Shown: piece by piece, positions 50,485 to 59,164 of the stretch
How the letters are laid out: every line of letters starts with the position of its first letter
How positions within the stretch are numbered: the stretch's first letter is position 1
Source of the DNA: an uncultured Bacteroidales bacterium
GTDB lineage: Bacteria > Bacteroidota > Bacteroidia > Bacteroidales > CAIXZF01
Direction: 5' to 3'
Assembly (NCBI GenBank): GCA_903923925.1
Contig: CAIXZF010000036.1
Span: 1,093 to 65,092, forward strand
Length of the DNA: 64,000 bases
Notes under the pieces: model-generated
The model's database searches: none
The model's input: only the letters and a program-made list of their open reading frames with translations
Told to the model about the DNA's origin: nothing
Translations under genes and position numbers: made by a program

Positions 50485-51518
50485 TAATCATTACGAAGCA
50501 TGGCTTTTGCTTGCATCGTCTGAAGATAGTTTATTGTTTCTGCCTCCAGCATCCGGATATGTAGTATGTCTGAATTAAGACCAGCCAAAACTGCTATCAA
50601 ACTGTGGCGGAACTTGAATTCTGACCAATTAAAAGTCTGATCAGGAGTAGTGTATACTGTATCTTTAATTGTAAAGAATTGATCAAGTATTTCTTTCCCT
50701 TTAGAGTTGGTATTTGGTTCAATAAATGTTTTAAATGCTGCGAAACTGGCAGAATAAATTGAATCCTTTTTCTGCTCTATCATTAGTTCAACACAAACAG
50801 CTCTGTTCGCCCTGCTTTTAAGAAGGAGAATTGAATCGTAAGGGATCGATTTACTATCAGCCTTATACATAAGTTCTTCACCAACAGATCTCAGGAAATT
50901 TACAAGGCTATCAGCTTTTGTTTTAACCTCAACAGATTTCTGATAAAAGGAAGCTGCAGCATTATTATTAGGTGATTTATCAAGATTGTCGAAAATGCCG
51001 TTAGTCTTGGTATCATAGAACTTTATTTCATTGTTCTGAGTAAGAATAATCTGGTCGAAGTCGGTAAGGATTTGAACCGGAGTTCTTGATATCCAGATAA
51101 ATGCAATAAGTGATACTGTGATCATCAGCATAATAGCTGTAGAATGGTAATTAATAGACCAGCGATCATCCTTCTGACCGATTGCCAGAATTACCATCAT
51201 CAAAGTGAATATTGAAGTAAGAACGATGCCTGTTAAAATAACCGGTCCGGAATAATTAAGGTGCAAAAATTTCAGCATAACCCCTGCCGAAACCACAATC
51301 ATTGCCAGAAATGCAATGATATTTCCCAATTTTGTTATAGTGTTTTCAGAAGCTTTATTTCTTATAAAAAACAACAGAGGTGCAAAACCGGCTATAAACA
51401 GAACTGTTCCTGCAATCATTAAAACATTTGCCCCTGGCATATGCATTGCTTTGAAAATGAATGACGACAGTATGCATATTGCAGAAAGGTAGCCAAGGCT
51501 TAACATTATCTTTTTCAT
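50484..51518 (-). CDS. Membrane protein with a GldL-like TM-hairpin motif (twice) and a GldM-N-terminal-like periplasmic domain. The assignment is tentative.
   Basis: 344 aa with five TM helices. IFKAMHMPGANVLMIAG and MLKFLHLNYSGPVILTG resemble the FK..H..G(P/A) hairpin loop of GldL. The soluble C-half ends ..FNWSEFKFRHSLIAVLAGLNSDILHIRMLEAETINYL, resembling the end of the GldM N-domain (W....F....P..A....L..LQ.D....E..VL..L). Confidence 0.6.
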   Translation of the reverse strand: MKKIMLSLGYLSAICILSSFIFKAMHMPGANVLMIAGTVLFIAGFAPLLFFIRNKASENTITKLGNIIAFLAMIVVSAGVMLKFLHLNYSGPVILTGIVLTSIFTLMMVILAIGQKDDRWSINYHSTAIMLMITVSLIAFIWISRTPVQILTDFDQIILTQNNEIKFYDTKTNGIFDNLDKSPNNNAAASFYQKSVEVKTKADSLVNFLRSVGEELMYKADSKSIPYDSILLLKSRANRAVCVELMIEQKKDSIYSASFAAFKTFIEPNTNSKGKEILDQFFTIKDTVYTTPDQTFNWSEFKFRHSLIAVLAGLNSDILHIRMLEAETINYLQTMQAKAMLRND

Positions 51519-51650
51519 AGGAGTAAAAGTTTCGTTTGAACAGATTGTGAATAATCTACAAACCTAATGAAATTTCTTAATTATCTGGAATCTGAAATGA
51601 ACTAAAAGAAATACTTTGTTCAGATAGAGTACGTTAAAAACACACTGGAA

Positions 51651-52097
51651 TTATTCAGGAAGAACAATTTTGGGTGCTGCTCTAACCGGGATACTAATTA
51701 TCATATTCATCCTCAAGGTAACGCCATTCTGAATAGAAGGACCGAATTTAATTTTTTTGAATAACTTAACAACTTCTTCATCAACACCATACCCGACACC
51801 ACTGAAAATTTTAATATTTGTTAAATTACTATCCGGCATAATGTCAAAGCTAACCATAACCTCTCCGGCAATTTTCTTACTTATTGCTTCATTGGAATAA
51901 TGTAAACTGTCTGAAAAATATTTAAAAAGTGCTTTTTCGCCTCCCTTGAATTCAGGTTCTTTCTGAAGAATAACAGAAATGTTTTGTTTATCATTATATG
52001 CATTCTTTTTCTCTTGCGCCAGCGATGCCGGAATACCAACACTAAAAAACAGGTAAGTTGCGATGCAGTAGGCGAATGTTTTCACAACCGTAGACAA
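51651..52097 (-). CDS. TonB C-terminal-domain-like secreted protein
   Basis: 148 aa with a TTG start 25 nt after a -7 box (TACTTTTG on minus, 52122-52129). Has a signal peptide and then PEFKGGEKALFKYF...L.Y...A....I.G.V.V.F.I..D....N.KI..G.G.G.DEE.V...K......P..QNG. Confidence 0.6.
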   Translation of the reverse strand: MSTVVKTFAYCIATYLFFSVGIPASLAQEKKNAYNDKQNISVILQKEPEFKGGEKALFKYFSDSLHYSNEAISKKIAGEVMVSFDIMPDSNLTNIKIFSGVGYGVDEEVVKLFKKIKFGPSIQNGVTLRMNMIISIPVRAAPKIVLPE

Positions 52098-52306
52098 TTA
52101 TGTTTGAGTAATTCGATACAACAAAAGTAAGCTATTTTGAATGTGAAATCAAGAACATTTATATAAGCAGCCTAACTTATTCCCAAAGTGGATTCGTTGC
52201 TATCTTATGTTGAAAGTGTATTGCACTTTAGCAATATTGTATGCCGTGGAGACGTCTGATAAAACCTGCATTGAAAGTCAGAACAGTGAATTTAAGTTAT
52301 GCCGTT

Positions 52307-53581
52307 TCAGTATTTATAGCGGATGTTCCAAAGTTCATGAAGTCGTTTACGTATTTCAGCTTCTCTCGGATTATTTTGAGGATCATAGAACTTTTTGCCA
52401 GAGAGTTTGTCGGGGAGGAATTCCTGGTCTGTAAAGTTCCCGGAGTAATCGTGTGAGTATTTATAATCTTTTCCAAAGCCGATATTTTTCATAAGCTTAG
52501 TTGGAGCATTTCTCAGGTTAAGAGGAACAGGAAGGTCGCCTGTTTTTTCAATAGTTTCAAATGCTTTAAGCAGCGCTGCATAGGAAGCATTGCTTTTAGC
52601 AGATGCAGCAAGATAAATCGCAGTTTGTGAAAGAATCAGCTGGCATTCAGGGTATCCTATTACTTCAACAGCCTGAAAACAGCTTGTTGCAAGCAGCAGC
52701 GCATTCGGGTTTGCGTTGCCGATATCTTCTGATGCCAGGATAAGCATACGTCGGGCAATAAATTTGGGGTCTTCGCCGGCGTTAATCATGCGGGCGAGCC
52801 AGTAAACTGTCGCATTGGGGTCACTTCCCCTGATTGATTTTATAAAAGCTGAAATTACATCATAATGCATCTCCCCAAGTTTATCATACAAGGCGAGGTT
52901 TTGCTGAATTATTTTCAGCACCAGTTCGTTTGTAATATTCAGGGCTGAATTTTCGGGCACAAGCGTATTGCATACCAATTCAACTGCATTCAGCAATTTT
53001 CGGGCATCGCCTCCGGAAATTCTTAAAAAAGCTTCAGATTGTTCAATTGCAATTGAAATTCCAAGTCGCTGTTCCATTGCTTTGCGGGCTGAGTCCATCA
53101 GCAGAAGAAGATCTTCTTCTACCAGTGAACTCAGAATATAAACCTGACAACGGGATAGGAGGGGAGAGATCACCTCAAAAGACGGATTCTCTGTTGTGGC
53201 GCCAATGAGTGTAACAATCCCTTTTTCAACAGCGCCAAGCAGAGAATCCTGCTGAGATTTGCTAAAACGGTGAATTTCATCAATAAACAATATTGCCCTG
53301 GTATCGAGTTCTTTTGATTTGGTAATAACTTCGCGAACTTCTTTAACGCCTGAGCTTATTGCACTAAGAGTAAAGAAGGGCCGGTTCGTTAATTTTGAGA
53401 TAATAAAAGCGAGCGTAGTTTTTCCGACTCCAGGAGGCCCCCAAAGAATTATTGAAGGAATTGTACCCCCTTCAATAGCTTTCCGAAGAATGGAATCTTT
53501 ACCTACAAGATGCTGTTGTCCTATAAAATTTTCGAAATTTACGGGTCTGAGTTGCTCTGCAAGTGGTACAAAATGTTCCAT
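52307..53581 (-). CDS. rarA: Replication-associated recombination protein A (AAA+ ATPase RarA/MgsA)
   Basis: 424 aa. LAE.(L)RP.....F.GQ.HL.G........I......S.I(L)WGPPG(V)GKTTLA, then Walker B LF(I)DEIHRF.K.QQD.LL and the C-terminal MgsA domain. Confidence 0.92.
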   Translation of the reverse strand: MEHFVPLAEQLRPVNFENFIGQQHLVGKDSILRKAIEGGTIPSIILWGPPGVGKTTLAFIISKLTNRPFFTLSAISSGVKEVREVITKSKELDTRAILFIDEIHRFSKSQQDSLLGAVEKGIVTLIGATTENPSFEVISPLLSRCQVYILSSLVEEDLLLLMDSARKAMEQRLGISIAIEQSEAFLRISGGDARKLLNAVELVCNTLVPENSALNITNELVLKIIQQNLALYDKLGEMHYDVISAFIKSIRGSDPNATVYWLARMINAGEDPKFIARRMLILASEDIGNANPNALLLATSCFQAVEVIGYPECQLILSQTAIYLAASAKSNASYAALLKAFETIEKTGDLPVPLNLRNAPTKLMKNIGFGKDYKYSHDYSGNFTDQEFLPDKLSGKKFYDPQNNPREAEIRKRLHELWNIRYKY

Positions 53582-53788
53582 AAATTCTGATATTTGAATA
53601 CATACAAAGGTAAGTTATGCCTGTTAAGTGAAAAAAATAAAGTTTAAATTAACAATTGCAGTTAGAATTACAGGCAATGGATTTTTATAATTACTTCATT
53701 ACTAAGTTATTGTAATTTCAACTTTGTTAATATTCTTAAAAAGTGTTAAAATGGGGGATGCATTGATACCAGAGAGTGAAATTTGATA

Positions 53789-53796
53789 TAATTTTG
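53789..53796 (+). promoter_or_regulatory. Putative -7 box (TAATTTTG) for the small lipoprotein gene
   Basis: Exact TAnnTTTG match 25 nt upstream of the ATG at 53821. Confidence 0.4.
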
Positions 53797-53820
53797 CATT
53801 GTTTTAAATCAAATCAAGGT

Positions 53821-54084
53821 ATGAAAAAACTTACATCATTCTTACTAGTTGCAGGAATGTTCACATTCTTCGCATGTGGTCCAAGCGCTGAAGAAAAAGC
53901 TGCAATGGAAAAAGCAAAACAGGATTCAATCGCTGCTGTTGAAAAAGCAAAAGCTGATTCTATCGCTATGGCTGCTGAAAAAGTAAAACAAGATTCTATC
54001 AACGCTGCTATTGAAAAAGCAAAAGCTGACAGTATCGAAGCTGCTTCAAAAAAAGGCGCTAAAGGCAAAAAAGTAAAAAAATAA
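53821..54084 (+). CDS. Small repetitive lipoprotein (87 aa) with four (E/A)K(A/V)K(Q/A)DSI repeats
   Basis: The ATG at 53821 was chosen (MKKLTSFLLVAGMFTFFACG, with a lipobox Cys). AMEKAKQDSIAAVEKAKADSIAMAAEKVKQDSINAAIEKAKADSIEAA. The tail is basic. Confidence 0.7.
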   Translation: MKKLTSFLLVAGMFTFFACGPSAEEKAAMEKAKQDSIAAVEKAKADSIAMAAEKVKQDSINAAIEKAKADSIEAASKKGAKGKKVKK

Positions 54085-54116
54085 GCCAAAATAACCTATA
54101 AGGTTTTTACTGGTGG

Positions 54117-54148
54117 AAAAAAAAGGAGTGGCAACACTCCTTTTTTTA
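54117..54148 (+). terminator. Rho-independent terminator
   Basis: The stem is aggagtg-gcaa-cactcct, flanked by an A run and a T run. A smaller hairpin aacct-ata-aggtt plus a T run lies just upstream (about 54091-54108). Confidence 0.75.
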
Positions 54149-54212
54149 TTTATAATCCGTTCTATCATGAACATTTTTTGTAGTTTTATCGTGGCAGATA
54201 AAAAATCAACCT

Positions 54213-54599
54213 ATGAGGCACAAAATACTTGTGATAGATGATGAAAAAAGCATTCGGTTACTGCTGGAGAATTTTCTTGGCCGTTCTTACGATGTTGTAG
54301 TAAAAACAGATGGCAATGAAGCCCTTGAGTGGCTTGAAGGTAACCTACCCGATCTAATAGTCTGTGATATCCAAATGCCAAATATTGATGGCTATTTGTT
54401 TCTTACAAATGTCAGGCAGCGTGGTTATACCAAACATACCCCGGTGATAATGCTGTCGGGTGTTGAAAACAGTCAGGAACGCATAAAATGTTACCGTCTT
54501 GGGGCTCAGGATTTTCTTTCAAAGCCGTTTAATCCTGAGGAGTTAGACGAATTGATTAAAAAGAATCTCTTTCCGATTCATTATGCAGTCAAATGGTAA
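54213..54599 (+). CDS. Single-domain response regulator (CheY-like receiver)
   Basis: 128 aa with all receiver hallmarks: VIDDE, the phospho-acceptor in LIVCDIQMPNIDG, VIMLSG and LSKPF. Confidence 0.9.
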   Translation: MRHKILVIDDEKSIRLLLENFLGRSYDVVVKTDGNEALEWLEGNLPDLIVCDIQMPNIDGYLFLTNVRQRGYTKHTPVIMLSGVENSQERIKCYRLGAQDFLSKPFNPEELDELIKKNLFPIHYAVKW

Positions 54600-54657
54600 T
54601 GAAATTCTACCAGTTTTGTGAATAATAATAATTTCATCTGCGAAAAACAGACTCATT

Positions 54658-55857
54658 ATGAACAACAAAATGAACATCCTCTATATTGGTAGTTCTACGG
54701 AAGTAGCAGATCTGATATCTTCTCACGAATCAATTACACCAATAGCATGCGGAAACGTTCTTACTGCGGTTAATTATCTCAATTCGCATTCTTTGCCGGA
54801 CGCAATTCTTTGTGAGGTTTATCTTTCAGGTGGAAGTGGGTTTGAAGTTCATGATTTTATCCGAAATGATCAACGTTTCAAAAAAATCCCCTTCTTATTA
54901 CTTAGTTTTCAGTTCACAGAAGATTTGTTTAAAGAAGCATTTACTAAGCAGGTTGATGACTTTTTGGTTTTCCCGTTTGAATCAATTGATGGTTTGTTAC
55001 TAAGAATCGGTTTTTTGAAGGATTTCAGGTCAAAAACAATAAAAGTTACCGAAGAGGAAACCAATGAATTTAAATATAGAATGCCATTAAGTAAGCGGGT
55101 ATTCGACATTGTTGTTGCTGCTTCAGCCCTGATTGTGCTATCACCAATACTTCTGCTAATAATTCTTGCCATCAGGTTTGAGTCAAAAGGCAAGGTTTAT
55201 TATATCTCCAAACGTGTAGGACGAGAACCCTTTGATTTCTACAAGCTGCGTTCAATGAAAGTGGGAGCAGATGCAGAACTCAAAAAACTGGCCAAAGACA
55301 AGAACCAGTATGCCAGTGCATCTAAACAAAGCGATATTGATTTTGATAAGCCTTGTCCGCGTTGTTCTGCTTTACCCAATGCAGAAAAGTGTTCACCAAT
55401 GCTACATCTCGGCAATCATACTATTTGCGATTATTGGTATTCAACACAGAAGAAGGAAGTTGCAAAGACAAAATCTTCCTTTGTTAAAATTTCAAATGAT
55501 CCAAGAATAACTAAAGTCGGGAAATTTATACGAAACACCAGTATTGACGAATTGCCACAACTTATTAATGTTTTGAAGGGAGATATGTCTATTGTGGGGA
55601 ACAGGCCCTTGCCAGTTTATGAAGCTGAATTATTAACTGTTGATAGCATTGCAAAACGCTTTCTAGCACCAGCAGGAATTACAGGGCTCTGGCAGGTTGA
55701 GTTACGTGGTAAAGGTGGAGTAATGTCGGAGGATGAGAGGAAACGCCTTGATAATCAGTATGCTGATAATTTTATTGGAGATAATTATTCATTCTGGTAT
55801 GATCTGAAATTAATTTTGCGAACGGTGCCGGCATTGTTTCAAAAGGATACTGTTTAA
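54658..55857 (+). CDS. Pseudo-receiver domain fused to a polyprenyl-phosphate sugar-phosphate transferase (initiating PGT, WbaP/PglC 'bacterial sugar transferase' family)
   Basis: 399 aa. The N-terminal ~125 aa are REC-like but have GSS for the acidic pair, E for the phospho-Asp (AILCEVYLSGGSG) and F for the conserved Lys (LVFPF). They are followed by a re-entrant helix VFDIVVAASALIVLSPILLLIILAI, then Y.SKRVG.....F..YKLRSM and DPRITKVGKFIRNTSIDELPQL.NVLKGDMS.VG.RP. Confidence 0.85.
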   Translation: MNNKMNILYIGSSTEVADLISSHESITPIACGNVLTAVNYLNSHSLPDAILCEVYLSGGSGFEVHDFIRNDQRFKKIPFLLLSFQFTEDLFKEAFTKQVDDFLVFPFESIDGLLLRIGFLKDFRSKTIKVTEEETNEFKYRMPLSKRVFDIVVAASALIVLSPILLLIILAIRFESKGKVYYISKRVGREPFDFYKLRSMKVGADAELKKLAKDKNQYASASKQSDIDFDKPCPRCSALPNAEKCSPMLHLGNHTICDYWYSTQKKEVAKTKSSFVKISNDPRITKVGKFIRNTSIDELPQLINVLKGDMSIVGNRPLPVYEAELLTVDSIAKRFLAPAGITGLWQVELRGKGGVMSEDERKRLDNQYADNFIGDNYSFWYDLKLILRTVPALFQKDTV

Positions 55858-55879
55858 CCAGCTTTAAATAGGTTCATGT

Positions 55880-56647
55880 ATGAAATTTCGTTTTGTAATA
55901 CTTTTTAGTATATATTTCGCTCTGCCAGTCCAATTATATAGCCAGAAAATTCCGGGAAATTCCTATGATTCAATCGGCGATCGTATAGAATTGATCTTGC
56001 CGCCATTGTCAGTTTTAATTGATTCTGCATCAAAAAGAGATCCATCTGTTAAAGCCAGGGAGGATCAAATAAAAATAGATCAGTATAAGCTTCGAACCGA
56101 TAGGTCTCAATGGTCTAAAAGTTTAGGCGTCCAGGGTGATGTCAGGTACGGAACCTATGATAATTATGTTACGAACCAGGCTGGCGGGCAACCAATAAAC
56201 ACCGTAACAAGCTCAAGTACTGATGCCAGGTATGGTGTTGGTGCTTATGTAAAACTTTCAATTTTTGATATTTTTAATATTAAGAACCAGGTGCATTTTA
56301 CAATGGCCGAAATTGAACAGGCCCGGCATATGGTTGAGATGCAAACTCAGGAAGTCCGTCAGAAAGTTATCAAACAATACAATGAAGTGGTTGTAAAACA
56401 ACGCTTGTTAAAGATAAAACTAAAATATCTGGAGACAAGCAGGATGAATATGCAACTTTGCGAAACTGAATTCAGAAATGGGATTACGTCTTTGGCAGAA
56501 TATGCACGAATTACTTCAATAATTACAATTGCTGAAACAGATTATGAATCTGCAAGGATGGATTTTGTGACAGCCCTAATGATTCTTGAAGATATTACAG
56601 GAATTAAAATTAACACTTCAGGCTCGAAAAGGAATGAAATTAAGTGA
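55880..56647 (+). CDS. TolC-like outer-membrane protein, half-size (a single OEP-type repeat)
   Basis: 255 aa with a signal peptide (..ALPVQLYSQ). LSVLIDSASKRDPSVKAREDQIKIDQYKLRTDRSQW..SLG, and long heptad-like helices in the C-half, resemble one repeat of outer-membrane efflux proteins. Confidence 0.55.
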   Translation: MKFRFVILFSIYFALPVQLYSQKIPGNSYDSIGDRIELILPPLSVLIDSASKRDPSVKAREDQIKIDQYKLRTDRSQWSKSLGVQGDVRYGTYDNYVTNQAGGQPINTVTSSSTDARYGVGAYVKLSIFDIFNIKNQVHFTMAEIEQARHMVEMQTQEVRQKVIKQYNEVVVKQRLLKIKLKYLETSRMNMQLCETEFRNGITSLAEYARITSIITIAETDYESARMDFVTALMILEDITGIKINTSGSKRNEIK

Positions 56648-59153
56648 TATTTTCCGTTTAATCAGAACGCACATTGTTCTTTTATTAATAGTACCATTAC
56701 TTTTGGTTACCCTGGTAACATACCTTACCCGACATCCTACATACGTCTTTTCATCTGAAACAACATTGTATACCGGAATTGCCTCCGGAGGAAGTGTGGA
56801 CATGAACCAGGGTTTCAATTTTTTTGCAACAAATACGGCCTTCGACAATTTAATAAATGTTGTAAAAGCCCGCGAAACCCAGGAAATGGTTGGGATTCAT
56901 TTACTTGCCCAGCATCTAATGATGAATCAATATGATGCTAAATTCATTTCAAAACAATCGTTTCTTGATTTGCAGAGAATAACTCCCGCATACATACGAA
57001 ATCTTGTTGTAAAAAAAAATGCTTCTCCCAGCCAGCAAAAGCCTGAGCAAGAAGCTGTTGATGTTGATCCAGGAGATACAATAACCGATACGATTTCTCA
57101 ACCTAAATTTTCATTCAGTTCACTTGATACAGCTGGGGGACAGGAGTATCTTCCATCTTATGTTGATGCACAGTCGTATGAGCAAACGGTTAAAAATCTC
57201 ATTTCGATAATGACTTCAGATGATACGAATTTTGTTTATAAGCTTCTTAATTTCAATAATCCTCATTATTCGATTAAATCTATTTCCAGAGTTGGAGTAC
57301 AACGAATTACTAGCAGCGATTTGGTGCAGCTGAAATATGAATCTGACGATCCGGGGATCTGCCAGCAGACCCTGGTTTTTATGACCAAAATGTGTATCAA
57401 AAATTATAAGATAATTAAAGAGAATCGTTCTGATGCTGTTGTGAAATATTTTGAATACCAGGTAAAGCAAGCTGCTTTAAGGCTTAAAGGCGGAGAGGAC
57501 AAATTGTTAAAATTCAATGAGGATAATAATATTATCAATTATTATGAGCAGAGCAAAGCAATTGCGGTTGTAAAAGAAGACCTCGATGTTAACTATCATA
57601 ATAAGCGAATAAAAATAGCGGGTTTAGAAGCTGCAATTAAACGGATTGAAGAAAAACTGGGGGTTCAGAAGAAAGTGCAGCTGCAAAGTGCCGACATTAT
57701 TGAAAAGAGGAATCAGCTTGCTTCGGTGAATTCAAGGATTGCAGATATGGAAACAATCGGCTATAATGATTCGATTGATAGTGAGGAATTTGGAAGATTA
57801 AAATTAAAGAGTGAAAGAATTAAAGACGAACTCAGGAGTTCGGTGGTTACTTTATCGAGTTACAGCAGTACCATTGAAGGATTACCGATTTCCACTTTAT
57901 TGAATGATTGGCTGACAAACGTAATTGAATTTGAGGATACAAAGGCAGGATTAGTAATCCTGGGCGACAGAATCAAGGAATTTCAAAAACAGTATGCTAT
58001 TTATGCTCCTGCAGGGGCAAATTTAAAAAGAATTGAACGTGAGATTTCTGTTTCAGAACAAGAGTTTCTTGAATTGTTGCATGGTTTAAATCTTGCCAAG
58101 CTAAAAATGCAGGATATTGAGCTATCTTCCAATATCAAAGCTGTAGATGCTCCATATTTTCCGCTGTCCCCAAATCCGACAAAAAGGAAAATGCTTATCA
58201 TGCTTGCTGCCTTATTTGGATTCTTGTTGGTGTTTTCGATTTTACTGGCTCTTGAGTATTTCGACAATACCCTCGGGAATTTAAAAAAGGCAACACGTAT
58301 TATTGGATTGAATCATGCAGGAGTGTTTCCAAAGATTTTAGTAAAAACGGGTTCAGTGAATTTTCTGTTTATTACGAACAGATGTATCGAGCTTATCATT
58401 CAGAAGATTGAATTTATTCTGAAATCGAGAGAACAAAAAACTGAAACTAAAACTATTCTGTTTTTCAGTAGTCTGAGTAATGAGGGAAAAACAGTTTTAA
58501 TGGTCAATATTGCCAATAAACTTTTAAAACAGGGCAAAAAGGTTGTCCTATTGTCATTCTCACGGGAATCACTTCAAAACAACGAAGTAATTCAAATTGG
58601 GTATCCAACTGATCCAATAGTTAAGTCAAAATCTGGAACTTATAATAGTAAGCGGTCGAGAATGTCAGTTTTTTCATGGCTTATTGGTTATTCAGATAAG
58701 CGGATTGATCATTCAAGTGCATTTCTTCAAAATGCAGACAAGGTATTGTCAGGTTTTGAGTCTTTTGAGTATCAGGTAAATGAACAATTTTTTAATTTAA
58801 AAGATTCTAAAGAATTGCTTGAACGCAACAATATTGTTCTTAAAGACACACCAGATTATTTATTGCTGGAATTACCTCCTGTACTTTATTATACTTATCC
58901 CAATGATCTTGTAAATATGGCTGATCTGGCTGTTTTGGTATGCAGGTCGAACCGGATTTGGTCAGAAGCCGACTGTAGTGTTTTAGATAATTTTAAGCAG
59001 ATTCATTCGCACGATCCTGTTTATATTTTGAATGGTGTTGAATTAGCTGTTTTAAAATCAGTTCTTGGAGAACTACCTGCGAAGGTTAGTTTTGTTAAAC
59101 GCTTGATTAAAAAGATTTTTCATTTTCAAATAAATAATCGTCAGCAGATCTAG
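56634..59153 (+). CDS. Polysaccharide co-polymerase (Wzz/GumC-like) with a C-terminal BY-kinase-like P-loop domain
   Basis: The ATG at 56634 was chosen (MKLSDIFRLIRTHIVLLLIVPLL, TM1). Has a long coiled-coil periplasmic region and TM2 (MLIMLAALFGFLLVFSILLALEYF). Walker A-like is FSSLSNEGKT, A'-like is LLELPP and B-like is DLAVLVCRSN. There is no C-terminal Tyr cluster. Confidence 0.7.
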   Translation: MKLSDIFRLIRTHIVLLLIVPLLLVTLVTYLTRHPTYVFSSETTLYTGIASGGSVDMNQGFNFFATNTAFDNLINVVKARETQEMVGIHLLAQHLMMNQYDAKFISKQSFLDLQRITPAYIRNLVVKKNASPSQQKPEQEAVDVDPGDTITDTISQPKFSFSSLDTAGGQEYLPSYVDAQSYEQTVKNLISIMTSDDTNFVYKLLNFNNPHYSIKSISRVGVQRITSSDLVQLKYESDDPGICQQTLVFMTKMCIKNYKIIKENRSDAVVKYFEYQVKQAALRLKGGEDKLLKFNEDNNIINYYEQSKAIAVVKEDLDVNYHNKRIKIAGLEAAIKRIEEKLGVQKKVQLQSADIIEKRNQLASVNSRIADMETIGYNDSIDSEEFGRLKLKSERIKDELRSSVVTLSSYSSTIEGLPISTLLNDWLTNVIEFEDTKAGLVILGDRIKEFQKQYAIYAPAGANLKRIEREISVSEQEFLELLHGLNLAKLKMQDIELSSNIKAVDAPYFPLSPNPTKRKMLIMLAALFGFLLVFSILLALEYFDNTLGNLKKATRIIGLNHAGVFPKILVKTGSVNFLFITNRCIELIIQKIEFILKSREQKTETKTILFFSSLSNEGKTVLMVNIANKLLKQGKKVVLLSFSRESLQNNEVIQIGYPTDPIVKSKSGTYNSKRSRMSVFSWLIGYSDKRIDHSSAFLQNADKVLSGFESFEYQVNEQFFNLKDSKELLERNNIVLKDTPDYLLLELPPVLYYTYPNDLVNMADLAVLVCRSNRIWSEADCSVLDNFKQIHSHDPVYILNGVELAVLKSVLGELPAKVSFVKRLIKKIFHFQINNRQQI

Positions 59154-59164
59154 TTTACAAAAGC

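Noticed and set aside
53814-54089. 91-aa minus-strand ORF antisense to the repetitive lipoprotein gene
   Set aside because: It stays open only because the GCT/GAA/AAA-rich repeats read as Ala/Phe/Ser codons in reverse. The plus-strand gene has the signal peptide, lipobox, promoter box and terminators.
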